Shown here in pieces: positions 18,304 through 27,366 of a DNA stretch of 64,000 nucleotides. Position 1 is the stretch's first letter. Every line of letters starts with the position of its first letter. The position numbers and the translations under genes were made by a program. This DNA comes from a virus (Duplodnaviria > Caudoviricetes), in the IMG/VR virus record IMGVR_UViG_3300034161_000008, positions 1-64,000 of that record, one strand, 5' to 3'. The notes under the pieces were generated by a model. It saw only the letters and a program-made list of their open reading frames with translations. It was not told the origin of the DNA and searched no databases.

Positions 18304-18849
18304 CTAGCCTTTCAAGTCGAGAGCTCGGTATTCGGTAAACACCCAGTCGCGTGTGCGGCCGAGGAGTTCGTAGAATTGCTCTTCGTTCAAACCGTCGATG
18401 ATTTCCGGGCGAGGCCAGAAAGCCTGACCAGAATCCGGCTGGCTGATGAAAACTTTGACACGCTTGCCGTAGGTGACTTCAACGTTCACCCAACGGTTGC
18501 GTTTATCATCACCCACCTGATGCATTGGGAATTTCCCTTTGCGATCGTGGCCTGGCAGCAGGCGTTTATGAAACTCACCCAAGATACGATAGATCTCTTC
18601 AGTCTGAGTGATTTGTAGCGGTAGGTGGTCAGGCAGTTGTACAGTCTCGACGATGCCGTTATTTTCCAAGCGCCGCTTCTCAGCACGGTCACCCATTTCT
18701 ACAACGATACGATCAGCCTGTTCGCCACTGAAGATCTCACGATCGCCAATGACGTCCACGATATCGCTAACGATCGTGTAGGCTGGCAAACGTTTCAGCA
18801 AAGCATGCAAAGAGACCAAGTTGAGATCTTCCAATACGAGAGTGCCCAT
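18304..18849 (-). CDS. Hypothetical protein
   Basis: 181 aa, coupled to the upstream ORF. Confidence 0.7.
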   Translation of the reverse strand: MGTLVLEDLNLVSLHALLKRLPAYTIVSDIVDVIGDREIFSGEQADRIVVEMGDRAEKRRLENNGIVETVQLPDHLPLQITQTEEIYRILGEFHKRLLPGHDRKGKFPMHQVGDDKRNRWVNVEVTYGKRVKVFISQPDSGQAFWPRPEIIDGLNEEQFYELLGRTRDWVFTEYRALDLKG

Positions 18850-19487
18850 TAATAGCCCGCCACTGTTTTCATGTGTTCGACGATCTCGGTAATCCGGACC
18901 GCAGTGAATTTACGCTCTACGCCAATGTACGACAACAGCTCACCGACCTTGACTGAGCGAGGAAGTTCTACTATCAGTTCATCCAAACCGTAGTAGACCT
19001 CTTTGTTGCTTTCGTGCTCAGTGATGAACAGGTTAACCCGCGCCCTGATCGAACCGCAGATTTTCTTTGCAACAGTTTCATCCAACGCGTAATGCTGGAG
19101 CATGTAAGAAACATCATGCCCCAGACAGTTGTTCATTGTTACGTTGTACTCGTACAGCTTGATGCCAGTCACGCCATTCAAGATGGATGCGACTACAACT
19201 TTGCCGTCAGTCAGGTTAAACATGTTTGTCAGTTCGTACTCCCCAACCTGATTTGCTTTAAGCAATGTCTGCGAATCAGCCAGAGTTTCGTAGACGGCGT
19301 ACAGCCCAGGCAAAGTGACACGTTGTGCTTCCTTTATTGCCTGCTGACTTTCAGTCTTGGTGAACATCCCTTCGGCAGCAGCCGTTGGAAACTTATTCAA
19401 GATCTCGCTCCAATCGTGACCGGAAAGCTGACGAGGAGTCATTGAAAGGACTTCGTCAGTTGGCACGTTGCGTTCTTCTTTATTCAT
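18849..19487 (-). CDS. Hypothetical protein
   Basis: Likely start MNKEE at 19487 (RBS GGAG) or 19499. Confidence 0.7.
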   Translation of the reverse strand: MNKEERNVPTDEVLSMTPRQLSGHDWSEILNKFPTAAAEGMFTKTESQQAIKEAQRVTLPGLYAVYETLADSQTLLKANQVGEYELTNMFNLTDGKVVVASILNGVTGIKLYEYNVTMNNCLGHDVSYMLQHYALDETVAKKICGSIRARVNLFITEHESNKEVYYGLDELIVELPRSVKVGELLSYIGVERKFTAVRITEIVEHMKTVAGY

Positions 19488-19503
19488 CTCTAACTCCATT
19501 AGG

Positions 19504-19533
19504 CGGCATAAGGGCCAGTCCGAAGACTGGCCC
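19504..19533 (-). terminator. UUCG hairpin plus TTATGCCG box
   Basis: Minus strand GGGCCAGTC-TTCG-GACTGGCCC-TTATGCCG. Confidence 0.7.
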
Positions 19534-19540
19534 CAGTAGA

Positions 19541-20071
19541 TCAACGCTTGCGGAAATCGCCGGAGCTAACCAGAGACTTCAGTTCTTCCAGCGAGTGTAC
19601 AACATGACCGCCGGTAGCCAGCACCATGGATTCCATGGCATTGGTCAGCAGTTCATAGCGCTCTTCCACACCGCCCGCATCACCGTTGGGACCTGGCTGG
19701 GTAGCGTCAGTCACGAGGATGAAGCGATCGGCGTCTGGACCGCCTTCCACAGTCGCGGCTGCGACCTTTACAACGTCATCTTCCGATGGCTGGTTCTTCG
19801 AAACGCCGTAGACGGTCAGCGGACCGAGGTGCATTTCCACCTCGTTAAACAGAGCGTCTGCGATGATGCGAGCGTACTCGGCATCTTGCGCTTGGGTTTC
19901 GAGTGCAGGCTTGCCGGAGACTGGATCATCATTTGCATAGGCCACGTTGAGGGCCTTACGATAGATTTCAGCCAACGGGCCCTGCATCACAATAGAAGTT
20001 TCTTCTTCTGGTTGTTCTTGGGCATCAGCACCCAACAGAGCAACACGCAGGTTAATCGACATAAGGGACAC
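19541..20071 (-). CDS. Conserved jumbo-phage hypothetical protein
   Basis: 176 aa, biased codon usage. Confidence 0.75.
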   Translation of the reverse strand: MSLMSINLRVALLGADAQEQPEEETSIVMQGPLAEIYRKALNVAYANDDPVSGKPALETQAQDAEYARIIADALFNEVEMHLGPLTVYGVSKNQPSEDDVVKVAAATVEGGPDADRFILVTDATQPGPNGDAGGVEERYELLTNAMESMVLATGGHVVHSLEELKSLVSSGDFRKR

Positions 20072-20095
20072 CTTGAGTTTGGGCGGTACACAGTA

Positions 20096-20386
20096 TTACT
20101 GTTTCTTGCCCAGCACCTTTTCAATCGTGTTGATGATCTGGTCAGCAACGTTCGCTGCGTTCTCTTTGATGAGCTTGTCGAAGGCTTCGCGCTGAGTATC
20201 GTCGAGGAGATGATAAACTGCATGGCGGGTGTAGTGTATCGAGCCCATCAGTTTCGCCAGTTCCACTGGATCTGCTAAGCGCTCTTCCAGCTGTTCTTCC
20301 GTCAAGGCGATGAGTTGTGCCAGCTCGCTCAACTGCTTGACAGCGATCCCAACCTTAGCCTTTTGCAGCTCTTCCATTACGTTCAT
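20096..20386 (-). CDS. Hypothetical helical protein
   Basis: 96 aa, ATGA coupling. Confidence 0.7.
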   Translation of the reverse strand: MNVMEELQKAKVGIAVKQLSELAQLIALTEEQLEERLADPVELAKLMGSIHYTRHAVYHLLDDTQREAFDKLIKENAANVADQIINTIEKVLGKKQ

Positions 20387-20616
20387 CGCAACAAGCCCCG
20401 GATAGCCAGTTGCTCACGAACCTGATACTCAGGAATGTCGTGAAGCTCCAGCAACGCCTGAGAAGCCACGCGCATTTCAGTAGCCATACGCAGGCATTCC
20501 GAACGATCACCCAGCCGTTCGCTGATCTGTGCGGTGGTCGGAACTTTGCACAAATCGAGACTCAAGCTCTGAAGCATTATAATCAAGTTCGGGTTCAAAC
20601 CAGTCTCAGTAGACAT
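20383..20616 (-). CDS. Hypothetical protein
   Basis: Likely start MSTETG at 20616 (RBS AAGGAAGG). Confidence 0.62.
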   Translation of the reverse strand: MSTETGLNPNLIIMLQSLSLDLCKVPTTAQISERLGDRSECLRMATEMRVASQALLELHDIPEYQVREQLAIRGLLR

Positions 20617-21007
20617 ACAAGCCTTCCTTACGCATGTTAGAGAATACGATCTCGCACGAGCGAGCAACGTACTTAGGGACTTTCTGACCAGTCAACAGAT
20701 TCCTACAGTCGCCTGGAGTTACTTTGATGTTCTTGCTCAGACCTTCAATGGTCGTGAGTTGCAGATTAACGTTGCCCATAAAAGGCGGGGCTATTGCATT
20801 TTGTTCCAGAGTGCTCTCCAGCAGTTCCAGAATCAAGCGACCACGAAAGCCGTCGCGGGTCTCAGCAGTCCAAGGCGTTTCGCCTGCCCAAGTACGGAAG
20901 CAGTATTTCGAAAGGTCTGGAGCCAAGTGACGCTCAGTAACTTCTTTGAGCGCTTTCTTGAAGCGGGTGATCAAGCGTGCATCCGTTGCAGAGATTACTT
21001 TTTTCAT
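20606..21007 (-). CDS. Hypothetical protein
   Basis: 133-aa ORF in an operon-like run. Confidence 0.65.
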   Translation of the reverse strand: MKKVISATDARLITRFKKALKEVTERHLAPDLSKYCFRTWAGETPWTAETRDGFRGRLILELLESTLEQNAIAPPFMGNVNLQLTTIEGLSKNIKVTPGDCRNLLTGQKVPKYVARSCEIVFSNMRKEGLYVY

Positions 21008-21069
21008 TCTTAAGATTCCGTAGCAAATGGTTGGGTAAACGAGGGAGGCTCATTGTCCTCCCTTCTGTT

Positions 21070-22200
21070 TTATTTGTGGCGGCGTTTCTTTGGACCTTTG
21101 TTGCGGGTTGTTACTTTGGGAAGCAAAGCGCGACTAGCGATATTAGTTTCGATATCGATAGCAAAAGCAGGGTTGTAATAGTGCGGAAGAGGCGACTTGT
21201 AAAACTCCCCAGCATTTACCGGCGCAATGACAGTACAGTAGCCGTGACCGTACTCTCGGCTGTAGCGAAGGGTAATAACCGGATCGGTTTTCACGTGGGT
21301 GAAACCCAGCCGGCGAGTAAGTGCATTCATTCGCATGTAACTGCGATATTGCTCAACAGGCATTGGCCAACCGAGATGACCATCCGAAACCATGTTACGA
21401 AGTTTCATGCCACTAAACGACGCGTTCTGAATCTTGGCAGTGCCGTCACCGCTAAAACGAGCTCCCATCGCACGAGTGCGCTTGCCCATGCGATACATCC
21501 CATCAAGAGCCGAATAGATCAACGGCTGTTGGTAGTCGCGCGGAAGAAAGCCATCGTGCTCCAGATCTACGTGTCCGCCGATACCGCGCAAACGAGTAGC
21601 GCCATGGAAGCCGTTGTTGATCAGCTTTTTCTGGTGGTACAGGGCAGCTCGTTCAGCGGCACTTGGGCCAGCGTACTCCTCATCCCAGAACGTCTGGTGC
21701 TTGTTGGCCAGCATTCGATCGCTCATCGGCTGATATGGACTGCCAGCAACAACCAGCGCTAACTCGCCACGACTAAAGCCGCCACCGATACGGCGCTTAG
21801 GATCAAGGAAAGTCCCCGACCAATCCATCGTAATGTCCGAGCGATCTGGATTGGAGAAATAGCTGAGGCCATAGCTCCCATCATCCGGCGCCAGATGATC
21901 GAACAGGTTGTCGCCTTCCTTCAGTTCTGGAGTGATCGAAAACATCTTCCCGCCAATCGACATCGTGGCGTGCTCGACACCAGGATCGACCCCAATAAAC
22001 AACAGACGCAACACGCTCTCCACCGCGATCTGTGGATACTTCTCATGGATCTCTTCGGCATACTTCTGCTTCAGAGTCATGTTGTCGCGCAAGTTCCACT
22101 TGCCCAACGCAAGATCGGTCATGATCTCAGTAGAGAGCTTCTGACCAAACTCAACTGTGCGAGTAATCGCGTCTCGCAGATCCTTCGGTTCTTCATTCAT
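21070..22200 (-). CDS. Hypothetical mosaic protein
   Basis: 376 aa, basic C-terminus, internal segment GGGFSRGELALVVAGSP. Confidence 0.7.
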   Translation of the reverse strand: MNEEPKDLRDAITRTVEFGQKLSTEIMTDLALGKWNLRDNMTLKQKYAEEIHEKYPQIAVESVLRLLFIGVDPGVEHATMSIGGKMFSITPELKEGDNLFDHLAPDDGSYGLSYFSNPDRSDITMDWSGTFLDPKRRIGGGFSRGELALVVAGSPYQPMSDRMLANKHQTFWDEEYAGPSAAERAALYHQKKLINNGFHGATRLRGIGGHVDLEHDGFLPRDYQQPLIYSALDGMYRMGKRTRAMGARFSGDGTAKIQNASFSGMKLRNMVSDGHLGWPMPVEQYRSYMRMNALTRRLGFTHVKTDPVITLRYSREYGHGYCTVIAPVNAGEFYKSPLPHYYNPAFAIDIETNIASRALLPKVTTRNKGPKKRRHK

Positions 22201-22406
22201 CCTAACTTCCTCACTTTCGATTGCAGTTGATTGAGACGATTGCGCAGGTATTCTGCACGCAGACGGCTGATCTCGATACTGTCAGCAATGCGATCCATCC
22301 TGCGATCCACTGCGTCGGTAGTGATGACCATGAGAGTAATGTGATTGAGCACATTACCTCTTTGCGTGATTGCATCGTCCACAATCCCTAGTTTACCTAA
22401 AAGCAT
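22197..22406 (-). CDS. Hypothetical coiled-coil protein
   Basis: 69 aa, GTGA/ATGA coupling, RBS GAGGAGG. Confidence 0.6.
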   Translation of the reverse strand: MLLGKLGIVDDAITQRGNVLNHITLMVITTDAVDRRMDRIADSIEISRLRAEYLRNRLNQLQSKVRKLG

Positions 22407-22455
22407 AAATCCCTCCTCATCCTTAAAGCAACGGTATTACACTACGAGGTACTTC

Positions 22456-23223
22456 CTAAACCTCGGACTTGAACGTGTAGCCCAACATTACAGCCCGATT
22501 GTGCGCCTCAGCAAACTGCGGCGGATAGTCCTCAGGTTTAATAGTCGGGAAGTAATGCGGATTGAATGACTCATAATCCCCATCCCTTGCCCCGTACTGT
22601 GCGATCAGCGTTGGTAGTAATGGAGACTGTAACCCTAGGTACAGGTCATAGTCTTCAAAGAACCCCAATGGGATATGGGCAGTCTTGGAATAGCAAGCAA
22701 AACGTGCCCGAGGATAGAAATCAGAATCCCAAAGGATAGAGATCACACTATCGGATGCGCGAGCTTTGCCGCCCACTATAGACAAACCGTCTTTCACCAA
22801 AAACACTTTGCGTCGAATGAGAGCATCCCTGAACTCAGAATGCAGTTGAGCGTCGATCTTGTTCATGCTGAAGGGATCAATGATATCGCCAGCGTACGGC
22901 GCTGTGGCGTTCTCGGCAATACCCAACAGCTGACGAACATTGCTTCTGAAAACCATGTCCTCCCGCCGGGCAGCTCGTGCTTCCCATTCCTCTGCACGCT
23001 CAGCTTCCGTGAGACGTTTAGGCGGTTCTTCCTCTTCCAGGTTCGCATCAAAGTCAAGACTGACGCAAGGCACTTCAACACCGTTACGCCAAACGCTACT
23101 TACCTTCACCACGTTGATGCTTTGGTTACCAAACCCTTCGGGATGCACGAAGCATACTTCAGGATCATCGACACCTGGGGTGTCTAGTGTTGCCAGTAGC
23201 TCAATCAGTTTAGAACGTTTCAT
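22456..23223 (-). CDS. Hypothetical protein
   Basis: Start MKRSKL at 23223 (RBS GAGGA). Confidence 0.7.
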   Translation of the reverse strand: MKRSKLIELLATLDTPGVDDPEVCFVHPEGFGNQSINVVKVSSVWRNGVEVPCVSLDFDANLEEEEPPKRLTEAERAEEWEARAARREDMVFRSNVRQLLGIAENATAPYAGDIIDPFSMNKIDAQLHSEFRDALIRRKVFLVKDGLSIVGGKARASDSVISILWDSDFYPRARFACYSKTAHIPLGFFEDYDLYLGLQSPLLPTLIAQYGARDGDYESFNPHYFPTIKPEDYPPQFAEAHNRAVMLGYTFKSEV

Positions 23224-23379
23224 TAGTCCTCTTCCCCCTTTCCCCCACAAAGCAACTGTGGTGTCGTCTGTTCCAGACTCCGCTAGGCTCGCATCTTCGC
23301 TTACGCTACGACACTCGCTTTAAACACTCACACAGATCAACAGCGTGGAGCGTTCAAACAATCACTAGAGCCAGTTTTT

Positions 23380-23745
23380 TTAAGACTGTAGTTGATGACG
23401 CAGGAATGCTTTTAGAAGCTTGTGGAAGTGCTCACGCTCATCCTGAGTCTTTGGCTTTATCTTCCCTTGCAACACTGCTCTTGAGAGATCGATACCGATC
23501 GACTCGAACAAGCGACGTAGGTGATAAGCCTCAAACTCCAACGTATCGCTCTTCTTTGGCGGTACACTAATAGCAGCCCCCAACAATGCATCTATCCCTC
23601 TGGCAGCTTTCACAGAAAGCCCTCCTATCGGTTGGGGCGTTAGATCGTCGAAACGAACCCAAGGACCTTCAGGATGCTCGACAAGCTTACCGCCCTTAGC
23701 GCAATGCACGTCAGGAAGTAAGATGTAGCGTTTGAGATTATTCAT
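23380..23745 (-). CDS. Hypothetical protein
   Basis: 121 aa, coupled. Confidence 0.65.
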   Translation of the reverse strand: MNNLKRYILLPDVHCAKGGKLVEHPEGPWVRFDDLTPQPIGGLSVKAARGIDALLGAAISVPPKKSDTLEFEAYHLRRLFESIGIDLSRAVLQGKIKPKTQDEREHFHKLLKAFLRHQLQS

Positions 23746-23977
23746 TCGCCCTGTTCCGTTGTTCCTGATTTACTTTGCGAGTATCTAAGGCCATTGCGCG
23801 CAGGATACTTTCAAAGGTTTCGTTATCGCAGGTGAGTAGATCTTTCCTCGACAACTCACGCATGCGAGCCATTAACATACCGGTCCGGATGTAAGGCGTC
23901 AGCTCAGCTTCCACGCTCATGTGCTTTACGTGAAAGAACACGCGGCGACATTTGTGTATCAGTTCGTGAAGACGCAT
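23738..23977 (-). CDS. Hypothetical protein
   Basis: 79 aa, coupled. Confidence 0.62.
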   Translation of the reverse strand: MRLHELIHKCRRVFFHVKHMSVEAELTPYIRTGMLMARMRELSRKDLLTCDNETFESILRAMALDTRKVNQEQRNRANE

Positions 23978-24888
23978 TATTCCACCCGGAGTGTACGAGC
24001 GATTGGATTAGCGCGCTGACCAAGTTCCCACTTCAGCAACTCAAGTGGTGCTTCGGTGTAAAGGCGATGGCTGTCAGGATAGAGGTTGAAGTAACGCTCA
24101 GCCAGAACGTCTTGGAAGAACTTATCCAGAGGCACTGGGTTCAAAGACGCATTGACTTCCGGCGCAGGCACAGGCTTGCGTTCAGACAACAGATGCTTCA
24201 TGTTGATGAAGATCTGCGGAGTGATCATTGCCTCAGTACCTGCGTTACGCATTTTCATGAGGTACTTGACGTGCGACTGAATCCCGTCTTGCAAATTCAC
24301 GATACTCGGGATCAGTGAGTGCAGCGACAGCGGCAGGTAGCGCATTTCTGGCTGCTGTTCCAGAGCCATCATCGTGAACAGACTGCGAGCGAAGTACAGG
24401 AAAGCTTTGACGTCAGTCAGTCCAGACTCGTCAACTTTCTGCATTTCTTTGAACGCGATGCTGTGGTGGTTGTACCAGTGCGGCACGCGGTTGAAGTAAA
24501 CCATCGAAAGCTTGCGCAGCTCACTGATGAATTCCGTTGGGCCGAAACCGTTAGCCTGCCACAACAACTCCGATGGGAAAGTGTTGGACTTGCGGATGAG
24601 TTTCAGATATTGCTTGAGCTCGTAACCGTGGAACTCAAGGTGTTCGTCCAGTTTGAACACGATGTTTGTATCTGGCAAAGGATCGAGCTGCGCGTAACGG
24701 TTCTTGGAGAACACGTACACGAACTGGATATCGTGATCGCTTTCCGGCGACTGGAAACCCCAAGCTCTCGAGCCCATGGTGGCGACGTGAATCACGCGGC
24801 AGCCGTAGGTGTACTCGATTTTGTCGATCGCTTCTCGTACCAGCGGATGCATTTCTTTGTCCATCCGCAGCTTTTCTTCAGGGTGCAT
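23977..24888 (-). CDS. Pol-beta-superfamily nucleotidyltransferase, RlaP/Nuc-transf-like
   Basis: Signature GSRAWGFQSPESDHDIQFVY (GS...SDxD), later ELKQYLKLIRKSN and helical C-terminal domain typical of this family. Confidence 0.85.
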   Translation of the reverse strand: MHPEEKLRMDKEMHPLVREAIDKIEYTYGCRVIHVATMGSRAWGFQSPESDHDIQFVYVFSKNRYAQLDPLPDTNIVFKLDEHLEFHGYELKQYLKLIRKSNTFPSELLWQANGFGPTEFISELRKLSMVYFNRVPHWYNHHSIAFKEMQKVDESGLTDVKAFLYFARSLFTMMALEQQPEMRYLPLSLHSLIPSIVNLQDGIQSHVKYLMKMRNAGTEAMITPQIFINMKHLLSERKPVPAPEVNASLNPVPLDKFFQDVLAERYFNLYPDSHRLYTEAPLELLKWELGQRANPIARTLRVE

Positions 24889-24900
24889 TTTATTTCCTTA

Positions 24901-24930
24901 GGGCATAGACGGAGGACCGAAGCCCTCCGC
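24901..24930 (-). terminator. UUCG hairpin plus CTATGCCC box
   Basis: Minus strand GCGGAGGGC-TTCG-GTCCTCCGT-CTATGCCC after the stop at 24941. Confidence 0.65.
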
Positions 24931-24940
24931 TACACCACGC

Positions 24941-25198
24941 TTATTTGAGAACTTCGTCTACGGTCTTGACCAACTCTTTCCGGAGCTCATCAAGTTGTTG
25001 TTTGCTTGGCTCGTAGCCCTGAGCTTTAGCACGTGCCAGGATGTACTGACCCAGGAACTTACTCAGATCCTGAGCTTCACTTGGAGCGTAAAACTGACGA
25101 GACATTTCGCCTCCTTTTTGAGATTGCTCTAAGCGACATCTGTCCATCCAGTCATTAACTTCCTTATCAGAAAGTTTGACTCCATCAAGCCAGGGCAT
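24941..25198 (-). CDS. Hypothetical protein
   Basis: 85 aa, coupled. Confidence 0.65.
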   Translation of the reverse strand: MPWLDGVKLSDKEVNDWMDRCRLEQSQKGGEMSRQFYAPSEAQDLSKFLGQYILARAKAQGYEPSKQQLDELRKELVKTVDEVLK

Positions 25199-25491
25199 TA
25201 GTTCACCGTGAAATTGCCGTTGTGCAGATACAGGGTAATGCTGCCGTTCTCTTTGTCGAACACGACAGTGACACCGATAGCTTCCAGGCGCTCTACAGCT
25301 TTGGGGTTCAGCTTGCCCTCTTCCAAGAGGATCGCACGAACAGTTTCTTTCAGTTTGCAGTATTCCGCATCGACGTAGAAATCGATACTCTGCGAGGACT
25401 TCACATCCTGGTGGGTGCCCAGATCATTGTCTAAAGTCACCAACCAACCAACGAGTTGATCAGTGCTTCCGATTGCAGTTGAATCCAACAT
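25198..25491 (-). CDS. Hypothetical protein
   Basis: 97 aa, RBS AGGAG, first gene after the promoter motif. Confidence 0.68.
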   Translation of the reverse strand: MLDSTAIGSTDQLVGWLVTLDNDLGTHQDVKSSQSIDFYVDAEYCKLKETVRAILLEEGKLNPKAVERLEAIGVTVVFDKENGSITLYLHNGNFTVN

Positions 25492-25537
25492 CTTCGAGTT
25501 ACTCCTGAGTAGCTTGTGGGTGGTGGTATTCTAACAG

Positions 25538-25546
25538 GTAATAAGT
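25538..25546 (-). promoter_or_regulatory. Putative phage early-type promoter (ACTTATTAC)
   Basis: Repeated 9-mer heading the 25.5-18.3 kb minus-strand accessory run. Confidence 0.58.
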
Positions 25547-25613
25547 AATCATATTACATTTGAATCGCCAAATCGTAATTGTGTGAGTAACCTCTCCTTT
25601 TGGACAATTCCCT

Positions 25614-26879
25614 ATGGCCGATCTTCTGGTACGCGACGTCTTCAATGACGAGTGTAAAAACCTTGCCATCGACGCGAAACTCGCCAAGCGTATTCATGCG
25701 TATCAGGTTGGCTTCGTGAACAAAAACGAGGAACATATTACGTTCTTCGGTGGTAATCTGTTGGGGGTGCAAGTTGTACGTTTCGGTGATGCTGACAGAG
25801 ATCGCTGGTTCGACGACATCCTCGACGCTGATGACGTTGCTCTTGAGCGACGTATACACGACCTGCCAAATATCAACCCAGAGTTCAACGTCTCTTCTGA
25901 CGTAATGAACCTCTCTTGCATTTGGTTGCTCCATAAGCTGTTCAACTCAAAGCTTCCTGAGAAAGTAAAGCATGAAGCAATGATTGACGTGATGCTGGTG
26001 TTGCAGTACAAGTTTTTCACCAGCCGCTTGTTCCGTCACTTCCGATATCCTGCCGACAAAGCTGTAGCTGAGGCGACCTATGCTCAGCTGTCAAACAAAT
26101 TCGATATCAAGGTGTACGGTAGCTGGACTGCGTTGTTCCGCGCCAAGGCTGAATCTACGATCACTGCCAAAGACCCTTCTACGGGTAAACCATCGATCCA
26201 CTATCAAACGATTGTGAAGATGGACGACGATTTGGAAGTGGTGTACTTCGCCAACGACGCGCAAGGACGCATTCGGGATATGCTCAAGAACTTGTACAAC
26301 GAGTTCCTGAAGACGCACAAACAAGGTACTCGGATCAGTTCGGTGAGTTCGATTGTTGAACACGACGGAGCGGAGATCCTCAAGGATCGGTCCAAGAACC
26401 TGACGGCATACACCCGGTATCTGCACGCAATCGTCACCGACAAGGAGTCATTTATTCATGAAGAATTGATGACGATCATCTGCCGCGTGATGCACACCAT
26501 GCCACCACACCTGCTAACCGAGACCCTCGAATGGATGTCGAGGAACTACCGTCAGTCAAAAGCTGAAATCGTGGAAGAAGTTCTGGATGACGTTTTGATC
26601 CACGCCTTCGACTACCTGGTGAACAATCGGTCGGCAGTAAAGGCAAGCAGTGATCTCCCCGGTTTGATCTCTAAACTGCGGGGCGTTTATATGTCGTCCC
26701 GGTCCACTGATCCAGCCCTGCTTTCGCTCCGTGAGAAAACAGAAAAGATCGTGTCGCAGGCAACGGGTAAACCAGAGTCCAGTAGTGTGGTGTCCAGTGT
26801 TCGTACAGGGACGTTGCTTTATTGTGTTCTGCGTGCCTTCACCATGCAGCATTACACCCAGACCGGTATCGTCGCTTAG
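25614..26879 (+). CDS. Conserved virion structural protein (phiKZ gp32-like by synteny)
   Basis: 421 aa, convergent on the terminase. Confidence 0.7.
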   Translation: MADLLVRDVFNDECKNLAIDAKLAKRIHAYQVGFVNKNEEHITFFGGNLLGVQVVRFGDADRDRWFDDILDADDVALERRIHDLPNINPEFNVSSDVMNLSCIWLLHKLFNSKLPEKVKHEAMIDVMLVLQYKFFTSRLFRHFRYPADKAVAEATYAQLSNKFDIKVYGSWTALFRAKAESTITAKDPSTGKPSIHYQTIVKMDDDLEVVYFANDAQGRIRDMLKNLYNEFLKTHKQGTRISSVSSIVEHDGAEILKDRSKNLTAYTRYLHAIVTDKESFIHEELMTIICRVMHTMPPHLLTETLEWMSRNYRQSKAEIVEEVLDDVLIHAFDYLVNNRSAVKASSDLPGLISKLRGVYMSSRSTDPALLSLREKTEKIVSQATGKPESSSVVSSVRTGTLLYCVLRAFTMQHYTQTGIVA

Positions 26880-26919
26880 CCTAAGGTGCGTCAACGCTCA
26901 ATGAGAAGAGGAATGCGTC

Positions 26920-27324
26920 ATGCGCCTTGTTCGATTGTTAGCGTCCTTGATGACCTATTGGGTCGAGAAACTTAAGGGGCCGAGAACGACCGAAGAAGTC
27001 GTGGTTCCGAGAACAAGGTCGGAAGGTCTAACAGGCCACTCCGTTTCTGGGTACGAGATCAGTATCCATTGTCAGGAACGGCGTTACAAAATCCGCTACA
27101 AACGCTGGTGGATCTCTACTGAAGAGTTTCGCATGCATCACGTCTATGCAACGTTATCGGGTGATTCCCCTGACCGTCTCAAAGAAGCATGTAAACTTGA
27201 TCTAGCCTTCCCGCCTTTGCTGCCCAAATGGTCGTCAGCAAAGAAGCAACGAGAAGCAGCCATTGCAGCCTACCTCGATGTTTTGATCGCGAGACTCGAA
27301 ACCAGTGTGATCTTCAGTGCCTGA
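26920..27324 (+). CDS. Hypothetical protein
   Basis: 134 aa, RBS GAGGA. Confidence 0.62.
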   Translation: MRLVRLLASLMTYWVEKLKGPRTTEEVVVPRTRSEGLTGHSVSGYEISIHCQERRYKIRYKRWWISTEEFRMHHVYATLSGDSPDRLKEACKLDLAFPPLLPKWSSAKKQREAAIAAYLDVLIARLETSVIFSA

Positions 27325-27361
27325 CAGCATAAAGCCCGGCCTTGCGCCGGGCCTTATGCCG
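27325..27361. terminator. Bidirectional hairpin with TTATGC(C/T)G boxes
   Basis: CAGCATAAA-GCCCGGC-CTTGC-GCCGGGC-CTTATGCCG between convergent stops. Confidence 0.72.
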
Positions 27362-27366
27362 CTTTG

